64,000 nt of DNA from Scenedesmus sp. PABB004 (GCA_014905635.1 CM026547.1:4340001-4404000), one strand, 5' to 3'. Numbered from the stretch's first letter, positions 37,459 through 46,905 are shown. Notes: generated by a model from the letters alone, not told the origin. Numbers and translations: made by a program.

Positions 37459-38744
37459 TCACGCGCCGGGCACGGGCTTGCGGTCGAGCGCCTCCACGAC
37501 CGGGTTCCACTCCGGCGGCTTGAGCTCCGGCCAGTCGCCCCGGCATCCCATCTCCACGTACAGCCGCTTCTTGGCCGGGAGGTAGTCGTGCTGCTTGAGC
37601 AGCTGCAGCATCGCCTTGACCAGCTGCCCCGCCGCCTTGGCCGCCTTTTCGTCGAGCGGCAGCGCCGCCGCCGCGGCGCCAAAGCCGCCGCCCGGGCGCG
37701 CGAGCGCGGCGCGCACCTCGGCCGCGCCCGCGTACGTTGCGCGCGCCGCGCTGTGCGGCTTGGGCGCGCGCCGGTCCTGCTCGTCTGCGCGCGGCGGCGC
37801 CGCGGGTCGTGTGCGGGCAGTGTGCGCGGGCGGTGTGCGGCGGCGCGGTGCGGCGCGCCGCAGCGCGGCAGCCGTCGCGCCGCCAAGCGCCCCCGCTGCT
37901 GCTGCGCACCGAGCCAGATGATGATGCTGCCCCACAGGTCCCTGTAGGTCGCGGGGTCGGCCGCCGCGCCGTCGCCCAGCGTTGCGACGCAGATGCGCCA
38001 CTGGCTGCGCATGCCCCGCAGCACGCCCGCCTCGCTCGCGGCTGCGCGCGGACGGTGCGGCGCGCGGGTCGGGCCGGGCCGCGGCACGGCGCGCGCGCCT
38101 CGCCCCGCCGCGGCGGCGCGGCGGCGTCGCCGCGGTGTGCGCGCGCGTACCGAGCGCGTCGCGCCCGTCGCGGTCGACGATCTCCTGCACGCTGCCGGCC
38201 TTGTGCATGCCGAGCAGGACCTTGGACGTCGACACGGGGAACCAGCCGAGCTTCTTGGACAGCGCCTGACAGACCGCCCAGTTGAGCTCGGTGTCGTCGC
38301 CGACGATCGTTATGCTCGTGCTCGTCGCGCTCAGCAGCTCTGACAGCCTGCTCGCGGTGGCGGTGGCGGTGGCGGCAGCGGCGTCGGCGGGCACGCCGCG
38401 CGGGCGCTGCGGCGGCGGCGGCAGCGGCCGCGCGCGGCGGCGCCGCACCGCGCGGCCGGCGGCAGCTTCTTGCTCTCCTCGCCCGCCGGCTCGCCCGGCA
38501 GCGGCGGCGGCACGCTCGGCTGCTGCGGCGCCTCGCCGTCGCCCGGCGGCGGGGGCGCCGCCGGCGCCGGCGCCGGCGCCGGCGCGTCGCCCGCGCTGCA
38601 GCCGCAGGTCCGCGGCGCCGGCCGACGCCGTGCGCGCTGCTGCTGCTGCTGCTGCTGCTGCTGCGGGCGCGCGCTGGGCGGTCCGGAGCGGCTCCAGGGC
38701 GCGCGCGACGGCAGCACCAGGCCGCTGGTCAACTGAATGGCCAT
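37459..38744 (-). CDS. SKL2: Shikimate kinase-like 2 (probably catalytically inactive), plastid-targeted, 4 exons
   Basis: SITIVGDDTELNWAVCQALSKKLGWFP (degenerate P-loop), ICVATLGDGAAA...LWGSIIIWL, and C-terminal LPAKKRLYVEMGCRGDWPELKPPEWNP matching the recalled plant SKL2 tail KKSLYIRLGCRGDWPNIKPPGWDP. Confidence 0.85.
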
Positions 38745-39104
38745 TGCGCGCTGCCGATGGGGCGGTGTCTGCGCCGCGGGAGGGCGGCAATTGCGCGCGG
38801 ACCAGCCCCCGGGTGCGAGCGGCTCCAGGGCGCGCGCTGGGCGGTCCAGAGAGCGTGACAGACTCAGCGCGACGTCGGAAGCAGGAGAAGGATCCAAGGG
38901 TGGTCTCACGCGCGCAGAGCCCGGGGCCCGGGCTTTCGGCTGCTGCTGCGCCGCGCCGCCCGGCCGACTGGCTGTGTGCCGCAGTCCGCGCGCCCGCCGA
39001 CGACGCTCAAGAGCTGTTGCTGTCGGCAGTCGCGCAGCTGCCGGCGGCAGATAAGCAGCGGCGGCAGCGGCGGCGGCGGCGGCAGCGGCGGCTGCTGCGC
39101 CGCA

Positions 39105-41898
39105 ATGGCGGCGGCGCCTCAGCGCTCCCCCCTGGGCTGCACCGCCTCCGCGCCCGACAAGCCGGCGGCGCCGTTCGTGGCCTGGTGCGCCGAGCGTCGG
39201 GTGCTCTGGCCCAAGTGCGCCGTGGCGGACCTCCCGGCGACCGGGCGTGGCGTCGCCGCGACGGCCGACATTGCGGCCGGCGAGGTGGTGGTCGAGGTGC
39301 CCGACGACGCGGTGCTCATGGCGGAGAGCTGCGCCATCGCCGAGGCGCTCGCGGGTGCGCGGCCGCGCGCGTGCGCGCGCGCCCGGGGGTCCGCGCCGAC
39401 CTTCGCGCCGCCCGCCGCGCCCGCCGCGCCCGCCGCCGTCCGCCGCGCCCGTCACCGCGCCCGGCGCGCCCGCCGCAGCCGACGGCCTGGTCAAGGAGTG
39501 CGCCGAGGACGCGCTGCTGGAGGTGCAGGGCCTCGTGCTCGCGGTCATGGCCGAGCGGCGCGCCGGCGGCGCGTCGCGCTGGGGGCCATACCTCGCCCTC
39601 CTGCCGGACGACATGACCCACATGCCCATCTACTGGGAGGTGAGGCCCGGGCTCGGCCCAGCTCCGAGCTCCGAGCGCGCCCGAGCTCCGAGCTCAGAGC
39701 TCAGCCGAGCTCCGAGCTCTGAGCTCTGAGCTCTGAGCTCAGCCGAGCTCCGAGCGCGCCCGAGCTCTGAGCGCGCGCGCGCCGCGCCGCGCCCGCCGCG
39801 CAGGACGCGGAGCTGGCGGAGCTGCGCGGCACGGCGGCGCACGACAAGATGGTCGGACGGGTGCAGCACCCGGCCGACGCGCCGACACGGGTGGCGCAGC
39901 TGTTTGAGGAGCTGGTGCTCCCGTTTGTGCAGGCCCACGCCGACGTGTGCCAGGCGCTGCTGGGCAAGGCGCCGGGCGACGTCGACGAGTCCGAGGCGCG
40001 CGAGGCGCTCTGGCCGGTGCGGCGGCCGCCGCGCCGCGCCGCTCGCCGCACTGCACTCCGCGCGGCGCCGGCGCTCGCGCCCCCCGCGCGCTCGCACGCT
40101 CCGCGCCCGCCGCGGCCGGCGTCGCCGCGCGCAGCTCTACCGCTGGGCCACGTGTGCGGTGGCCTCGTACTCGTTCGTCCTCGGCGACGACCAGTACCAC
40201 GCGATGGTGCCGGTGTGGGACCTGCTCAACCACGTGACGGGCGCGGCCAACGTGCGCCTGCACCACGACGCCGAGCGCGGCGCGCTGCAGGTGCGCGCGC
40301 GCACGCCGTGCCACCGCGGCGGCGAGCTGCCCGCGCGCTGCCCGCGCTCTCTGCAGCTGCCGGCGCGCTGCCCGCGCGCTGACGCACGCCGCCGCCGCCG
40401 CCGCTGCCGCGCAGATGATCGCCACGGCCGCCATCCCGGCGGGCGCGGAGGTCGTCAACTGCTACGGCGCCCTCTCAAACGCCGAGGCGCGGCGCGCAGG
40501 GGGCGCGCCGCTGCCGCCGGCCAGCGGCCGTGCACACGGCCAGCGGCGGCACAGTGCGGCGCATGTGCGCGCGCCGCCGACGCCGCCGCCGCCGCCGCTC
40601 CCGCCGCCGCCGCAGCTGCTGCGCGGGTACGGCTACGTCGAGGCACACAACCCGCTGCGCCACGTGCAGGTGCCCGCGCAGTTCCTGATTCGGGCTGCGG
40701 CGGGCGCCGCCGGGCAGGCAAGCGGCGACGGCGGCGGCTCGGGCCCGGCGGACGCCGGCGCCGGCGCCGCGGACGACGGCGCCGGCAGCAAGCGTGCGTC
40801 AGGGTCAGGGTCAGAGGAGGGCTCTGACAGCGGCGACGAGGGGTCGGACGAGGGCGAGGAGGGGTCGGGCTCTGAGGAGGAGGAGCCGGACTGGGACCTG
40901 GAGGACGACGAGCCGTCGGCGGGCGCGCCCGCGCCCAGCCTGGCGGCCGCGCAGGCGCAGCTGGCGGACTGGGAGGACCGCTGGCAGCTGTGCTTCAACT
41001 GCAAGCTGCTGCCCAGCAACGGCGTGTTCCAGGTCCCCGCCGGCGGCCTGGCCGCGCTGCCCGCCGCGCTGCTGCCGGCGCTGCTCGTGCTGCTCGCCTC
41101 CGCCGACGACTGCGCCGCGCTCGCCGAGGCCGCCGCGGCGGCCACGAGCAAGGCCAAGGCCGCCGCCGCGGCGGCAGCCGCGCCCCCGGCGCGCAGGGAC
41201 AAGCGCGGCGGGAAGGGCGCCAAGCAGGCCAAGGGCAAGGCGGCCAAGGGCGCGCCCGGGGCAGCGCCGCCGACGCGGCGGCCGCCGAGCTGGCGGCGGC
41301 CGTGGCGGGCCTGCGACTGGCGGCGCCGGCGGCGCTGCTGCACGCGCTGGAGCTGCTGGTGCAGCTGATGCAGAGTCGGCACACCTGCAGCCTGGAGGAC
41401 GACGAGGCGCGCGTGGCGCAGGCCGAGGCCGGGCAGCTGCCGCCGCGCCTGGCGGCGGCGGTGCTGGCGCGTGTGGGTGAGAAGCGGGTGCTCCGTGAGC
41501 TGGCGCAGGCGCTGGCGCAGCCAGGCGCGGAGCGGCAGCTCGCGGCGCAGGCGCGGCAGGCGCTGGCCGCGGCGCTGCAGCAGCTGGTGGCGGCGGCCGC
41601 GGCGGGGCCGCCCGGCGGCGGCTGCGGCGTCGCGGGCTGCTCGCACGAGCACGACAGCCACTGCGGCCGCGGCGGCGGCAAGAAGAGGCGGGCGCCGGCG
41701 GGCAGCGGCAGCGACAGCGACGGCGGCGGCGGCGGCGGCGAGGGGCCGCCAGCGGCGGCCGCCGGGCAGCGCCCGCCGCGCGCCGGCCGCGCCAAGGCAG
41801 CGACGGCGGCAGAGCCGGCTGAGGCGGCTGAGGCGGCTGAGGCGGGCGGCGCTTCGAGCAAAGCCGGCGGTGGCTTTGCGTTCAACTTTGCTCTGTGA
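39105..41898 (+). CDS. SET-domain protein-lysine methyltransferase (SETD6/Rubisco-LSMT class), multi-exon, one apparent frameshift
   Basis: TGRGVAATADIAAGEVVVEVPDDAVL, SRWGPYLALLP, YRWATCAVASYSF, MVPVWDLLNH and EVVNCYGALSNAELLRGYGYV. Confidence 0.9.
39660..39772. repeat. Intronic heptamer tandem repeat (CHGAGCT)n
   Basis: Repeated ccgagct/ctgagct/cagagct units fill most of the intron. Confidence 0.85.
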
Positions 41899-41991
41899 CG
41901 CCCCGACTGTTGCAACCGCGCCGGGCATCCGCGGCTGCGCAGAGCCGCCGCCCCGCCGCCGCGCCACAGAGCGCGCGCACGCGTGCGCGCC

Positions 41992-43395
41992 TCAGGCTGA
42001 GGCCGCCTCAGCCGGCGGGCCGCTGCTGCCGCGCACCGCGGGCGCGGCGCTCTCGTGCAGGTAGTCCACCCAGCTCTCGAGGTATTGTCCGCTTCCGTAC
42101 CAGTCTGCACCCTCCGGGACGCCGACCGGCACGTGCGCCGCGCCGTTGAGCTCGATGTGCTCCGCGCCCTCCAGCGCTGCGCGCGTGCGCCGGCCGGCGC
42201 GGCGGTGGCGGCGCGGCGGTCGCTGCGCCCGCGCGGGCCGCGCGCGCGAGCCCCCCGCGCCTGCCCCCCGCGCGCTCTCACCGAGCGCGCACGACAGCGG
42301 CGTCACACCGTCGCCCCACGCAGAACCTTCTCCACTGCAGATCTTGTAGCTCTGGTAGGCGAAGTCTCCCGTCGCCCCGCCGAGCCAGGGCTTGCCCTGC
42401 ACGGTCTTGCTGCCGACGGCGACGTAGCTGCGGCCGCGGGCGGACGCGGCAGCGGGCGCGCACTCGGGCGCAGGCCGCGACAGTCGGCGGCGGCGCGCAG
42501 CTGCCTGCCTTGCTGGAGAGGCGGTCGCTGGCATCAAGCCCCAGGCGCTCAGCTTCAGCCCCCTGCCCCCGCCTCACCGCACGTCTGCCTCGTGCGCGCC
42601 GGGGCAGTGCGAGTTGACCCAGCCGATGTTTCGCAGCGTCACCGGCTCGAAGCTGTCGTGCGGCGTGCCCAGCGTCACGAGCGTGTGCACCCTGGGCGAC
42701 GAGCGAGGGCGCGCGAGCCTCAGCACACGCGGCACCTCTCTCCCACCTGTCGCGCGCGTGCGTGGGCGCGGCGGCGCGGGCACGCCAGGCGCGCACCTGT
42801 CCGCGCCGTGGAACGTCGCACCGCTGTAGCGCTGCGAGCGGCTGAGCAGGATACGGCTGATCCAGCCCCCCGCCGATGAGGCGACGAGCGCCGCGCGCTG
42901 CGCGCCCGCCCACGGCCCCGTCAGCTCGAGCGGCGGCTGCGCGCCAGTCGACGCGTCGCGCAGCTCGCGCAGCCGGTCGGCGAGCGTCGCGGGCCGCGGC
43001 AGCGGCACCTCGTACCCTGCGCGCGGCGCGCGCCGGCGGTCGGGGCGCGCCGCCCGCGCGCCGGCCGCGCGCCGGCCAGCCCCGCGCACACCCGTTGCCT
43101 CGGACACCTCCGCGCCCGCGAGCAGCTGCGTGAGCGCCCAGTCCACGCGGTCGAGAATCGGCCGCACCGAGCGGCCCCCGAGCGTCGGGAGCCAGTCGCC
43201 AGCCTTGATCGGCGGCAGCGCCGCGTTGAAGCCGCGCGAGCGCAGCTCCGCGACGAGCGGCACGAAGGGCGCGGAGCCCAGGTAGAAGGCGGGCACCACC
43301 AGCACCGGCGGGCCGCGCGCCGCGCCGAGCTGCTGCGCCGCCCGGCCGGCTGAGGCTGCGGCCGCCCGGCGCGGCGCCGCGCGGGGCGCCTGCAT
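41992..43395 (-). CDS. Alpha/beta-hydrolase (esterase/lipase, PGAP1-like) protein, multi-exon
   Basis: PVLVVPAFY, DWLPTLGGRSVRPILDR, nucleophile elbow LVASSAGGWISR, VHTLVTLGTPH, GDGVTP (Asp), GAAH (His) and WYGS. Confidence 0.85.
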
Positions 43396-43653
43396 CGGCC
43401 GTGCACCCCGCGCCGGCCGTGCACCCCGCGCCGGCACGCGCAGCGGCGGCGGCAGCAGCGGCGGCGGAGCACGCGCTGCCGGCGGCGGCCGACGGCAGAC
43501 GCGCGCGGCGCGGCGCTGGGGTGAGAACCACGCGGCGTTGGCCCGGGCTGGCGTGGCTCGCCGGGCCACCGCCTGAAGCCAGCGGCCGCTGAACAGCGGC
43601 CGCTGCGCTCCCGCATCGCGCCCCTCAAAGCCCCCGCCGCGCGCCCCGCCGCC

Positions 43654-43802
43654 TCGATCCTTCCACGGCGCGGCCTTCGTGCCGCGCCTGGTTTTTTCTC
43701 ATGATGAGCGGGATGCCAGCCCTGTGGCTGAGCGGCGTCGACCCCCCAACCTTGTAACCAGGGGCGCCTACCCAATCTGAACCGAAAAACCGGAAGGATC
43801 GA
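43654..43802 (+). ncRNA. Candidate structured RNA with box C/D (K-turn) motifs
   Basis: ATGATGA (43701-43707) and CTGA (43777-43780) are enclosed by stems GGTTTTTTC/GAAAAACC and TCGATCCTTCC/GGAAGGATCGA, with internal hairpins. Confidence 0.45.
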
Positions 43803-44150
43803 CGCGGGCGGCGGCCCGGGGGCAGCGCGAAAAAATCCGGCGATGATGCCTGGCGGCGCCAGGCCCGCAGCGCGGCCCTGGGCCGCGCCTGCCGCGGAGG
43901 CGAAGCCCCCTGACGCGCTGGCCGCGAAGGCCGCACCACAGCGGGCCCAAGGACGCGCAGCGGCGGGCGGCGGCGGCGGCGGCAGATCAACAGCAGCAGG
44001 TGAGGGCGCCGTGCGCGGGCGGCCGGGGCCCCCGCTGGGTGCGCTCCAGCGCGGCAGCTTCAGCGCGCCAGGCAGCAGCTGTTGGCGGGCGGGCGCGCAG
44101 CGGCAGCGCGCGAGCAGGGGCGGCGGCGGCAGGGCGGCAGCCCACCCTCG

Positions 44151-44237
44151 GCCGACCTGATCCTGGCTGGCGCTGGGTGCGGGCTTCAAACCCGTAGCGC
44201 CCGGGAGGGCGAGTGGTTCGATTCCACCTGGTCGGCG
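44151..44237 (+). tRNA. trnU: tRNA-Sec (anticodon TCA), copy 1
   Basis: 87 nt. 9-bp acceptor GCCGACCTG/CTGGTCGGC with U.U mismatch, 6-bp D stem with 4-nt loop, loop CTTCAAA (TCA at 44186-44188), long variable arm, 4-bp T stem GTGG/CCAC, discriminator G. This is the eukaryotic 9/4 fold. Confidence 0.95.
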
Positions 44238-44328
44238 TGCGGCGCAGCGCAGCGGCGGCGGCAGACAGCGCGGCAGCGCGGCAGCGCGGCAGCGTGCGAG
44301 CAGGGGCGGCAGCGGCAGCCCACCCTCG

Positions 44329-44415
44329 GCCGACCTGATCCTGGCTGGCGCTGGGTGCGGGCTTCAAACCCGTAGCGCCCGGGAGGGCGAGTGGTTCGAT
44401 TCCACCTGGTCGGCG
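44329..44415 (+). tRNA. trnU: tRNA-Sec (TCA), copy 2
   Basis: Identical to copy 1 by inspection. Confidence 0.95.
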
Positions 44416-44506
44416 TGCGGCGCAGCGCAGCGGCGGCGGCAGACAGCGCGGCAGCGCGGCAGCGCGGCAGCGTGCGAGCAGGGGCGGCAGCGGCAGCCCA
44501 CCCTCG

Positions 44507-44593
44507 GCCGACCTGATCCTGGCTGGCGCTGGGTGCGGGCTTCAAACCCGTAGCGCCCGGGAGGGCGAGTGGTTCGATTCCACCTGGTCGGCG
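44507..44593 (+). tRNA. trnU: tRNA-Sec (TCA), copy 3
   Basis: Identical to copy 1 by inspection. Confidence 0.95.
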
Positions 44594-44676
44594 TGCGGCG
44601 CAGCGCAGCGGCGGCGGCAGACAGCGCGGCAGCGCGGCAGCGCGCGAGCAGGGGCGGTAGCGGCAGCCCACCCTCG

Positions 44677-44763
44677 GCCGACCTGATCCTGGCTGGCGCT
44701 GGGTGCGGGCTTCAAACCTGTAGCGCCCGGGAGGGCGAGTGGTTCGATTCCACCTGGTCGGCG
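44677..44763 (+). tRNA. trnU: tRNA-Sec (TCA), copy 4 (C>T at 44719, G.U pair in the anticodon stem)
   Basis: Same fold, with TTCAAACCTGTA instead of TTCAAACCCGTA. Confidence 0.92.
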
Positions 44764-44844
44764 TGCGGCGCAGCGCAGCGGCGGCGGCAGACAGCGCGGC
44801 AGCGCGGCAGAGCGCGGCAGCGCGGCAGCGGCAGCCCACCCTCG

Positions 44845-45612
44845 GCCGACCTGATCCTGGCTGGCGCTGGGTGCGGGCTTCAAACCCGTAGCGCCCGGGA
44901 GGGCGAGTGGTTGCCGTGGCGTGCTGCTGCTGCGTGACCTTCATTTGGTGCTGAGCTGGGCGCGGCTGGCTCGGGGCGCGGCGCGCGCGTGGGTGTGGGC
45001 GGCGGTGGGGGAGCGTGGGCGGGCTTGCGGCAGGCTTCTTGGTGGTGGGCGGTGCGTGCGGCTGGCCTTTTGGCCGAGCCGCCCGCGGGTCCTGGAGGGG
45101 GCTGGAGCTGGTGGGCGTTGGCCGGCGCGGGGCGGCGGTCGCCGCGGGCCACGGCCCCGCGCGCGACGCCCAGCCGGCGCACGCCGGCCCCGCAGTGTTG
45201 AGTCCACAGAGTCTCCACTAGCCGCCCTGCACGGCCTACTCGCGTCTACCGGTCATCCTTCCCCAAGCTCCTAACATTCGGTGCACCACGTCGCAGGGGG
45301 CGCGACTCTGCGAGTGACGGTCGGCGGGGCGCGGCGCGGCGCGGCGTGTGCTGCGTGTGCGCCAGGGCGGGCTTGCCGCGGTTTGTGTGGTGCCCCTGCT
45401 GGTGGCGGCCTGCCCCACGTCGTTTGCTTGAGATGAGGCGGGGTTTGCGCTGGTTTTCCCCCGCTGCCCCTGTGGCCCGGTAGGGCCTGCGCGGCGTGGT
45501 TGCACGGGTCAAGAGGACCAGCTACCGTCCTTAAGGGGCGCGGGCCCGATATGCGCGAGCATACGGGGTAAATGACCTTGACCTTGAGTGGTTCGATTCC
45601 ACCTGGTCGGCG
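44845..45612 (+). pseudogene. tRNA-Sec copy 5, split by an insertion (5' part 44845-44912, 3' part 45586-45612)
   Basis: The 5' 68 nt end at GAGTGGTT. The gene resumes at GAGTGGTTCGATTCCACCTGGTCGGCG, followed by the normal unit 3' flank TGCGGCGCAGCGCAGCGG. Confidence 0.9.
44913..45585 (+). mobile_element. 673-bp insertion, probable 5'-truncated non-LTR retroelement (LINE 3' end or SINE-like)
   Basis: Direct repeat GAGTGGTT at 44905-44912 and 45586-45593, no obvious TIRs, and a 3' tail TGACCTTGACCTT. A frame is open from the left junction to TAA at 45272-45274. Confidence 0.7.
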
Positions 45613-46905
45613 TGCGGCGCAGCGCAGCGGCGGCAGCGCAGCGGCGGCAGCGCAGCAGCGGCGGCGGCAGCGCAGCAGCGGCGGCGGCAGCGCAGCGGCG
45701 GCGGCAGCGCGGCGGCGGCGGCGGCGGCGGCAGAGCGCGACGGCGACGCAACGCAGCGGCGGCAGCGCCAGCGCTGGCACAGCGCAGCGAGCGGCGAGGC
45801 GGCGCGACCAGCGGCGTGGGGGCGGTGGGCGGGCGCGAATGTAACGAATAACATACTGGCTTACCGACCGCTGGCGTCAACCGCCGCCGTTTGCCCATGC
45901 ACAGCGCGCAAACCACACGCCTGCACCACGCACACGACGCAGACAGGCACGCGCCCCCGCGTCGCGTACATGTCGTGCTGTCGTCAATACTCCAGCCGCG
46001 CGAGCGATTGAACGCCAGCGGGCTCTAGGCACAGCAGGCAGCGCCAACAGGGCCCTGAAGGGGGGGAGGGGTGGTGGTGGTGCGCCCGGCCGAGCGTCGC
46101 AGCCTGCAGGCAGCGCGCACACGCACGCCGCGCGCCGGCTGTGCCTGCTGCTGGACGCATTGGTTGATTGATCGAAGCGTTAGGCAAGCAAGGGACCCAG
46201 TCCAGTGCACGTGGAAAGCAGTCAGTTGAGCCTCGACTGAGGCGCAGTCGAGAGTGCAGTGCAGCGTCGCGCTTGGAACCGAGCCAGCGAGCAACTCAAC
46301 CCAGGAATTCAACCCTGTGCGGCAGGGGGTTTGTTTATTGTGTCTGCACACCCTGCTCGCGCGAGCGAGCAACGAGGGCTCCGAATTGTGCCGACCTCTC
46401 CGCTTGATTTGCAGGGACAGTGCGCACCGGACGGGGCAAGCAGCCGACCGTGCCAGCCTCTCTCAGTGCGTGCGGTGCGCGCGCCGGCAAAAAGGCGGGC
46501 GATCACGGGCAGGCAGGCCGTCATGGGCAGCGCTTGATTCGTTGGGGCGGCTCATAGCCAGTGCAGCGCCCGAGCGGGCGCGGTGTCGCTACTCCTGCAC
46601 AGGTGCAGGCCGGGGCGGCGGCGCGCGCGCGCGCGCCGCCCCCCAAGGGAGGTGCATGGCGATGTGTGCGTGTGTGGACACGCACGTGGAATGCGCGCGG
46701 GAGGAGCATGCAGTGCGATCAGTCAACTGTCGACACGCATGTGCGTGCAGGCCCTGCCTGCAAGTGTGTGTGCGCTCAGTCCTCCATTGTCAAGCAGCAG
46801 CTCACCCCCAGACCAACTCCACCCCACGCCATCAGCGTACGCTGACGGCACGGGCCGCATCCATTCGGACGCACGGCCGGCCGCCGGCGCGGCAAGCCGC
46901 CGGGC

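Larger units (their letters stand above)
44095..44912 (+). repeat. Tandem array of ~168-178 bp units, each carrying a tRNA-Sec gene
   Basis: Near-identical units with tRNA starts at 44151, 44329, 44507, 44677 and 44845. Spacers are built from GCAGCGCG-type subrepeats. Confidence 0.95.

Noticed and set aside
43709..43860. TPP riboswitch, SECIS, hammerhead or telomerase RNA interpretations of the structured region
   Set aside because: TPP-like fragments (GGGATGC, CTGAG, TACCC, GAACC) lack a properly spaced P4/P5 and there is no thiamine gene. No selenoprotein CDS lies upstream on either strand for a SECIS. The hammerhead core CTGANGA is absent, and there is no CCCTAAA template.
44151..44237. 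Opal suppressor tRNA-Trp/Ser or a tRNA-derived SINE
   Set aside because: The 9/4 acceptor-T fold, 6-bp D stem, long variable arm and G73 are diagnostic of tRNA-Sec, and the units have no SINE tail or TSD
44095..44912. CRISPR-like repeat-spacer array, or the repeated ORFs (MKPAPSASQDQV..., MVRFHLVGV...)
   Set aside because: Spacers are near-identical rather than unique, there are no cas genes and the context is eukaryotic. The ORFs are translations of the tRNA-Sec repeat.
44913..45585. hAT DNA transposon (8-bp TSD) or a tRNA intron
   Set aside because: No terminal inverted repeats are visible. The position (T-arm), length and duplicated target do not fit tRNA introns.
46232..46252. Hairpin CTCGACTG-aggcg-CAGTCGAG
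   Set aside because: An isolated 8-bp stem with no supporting motif, compatible with chance
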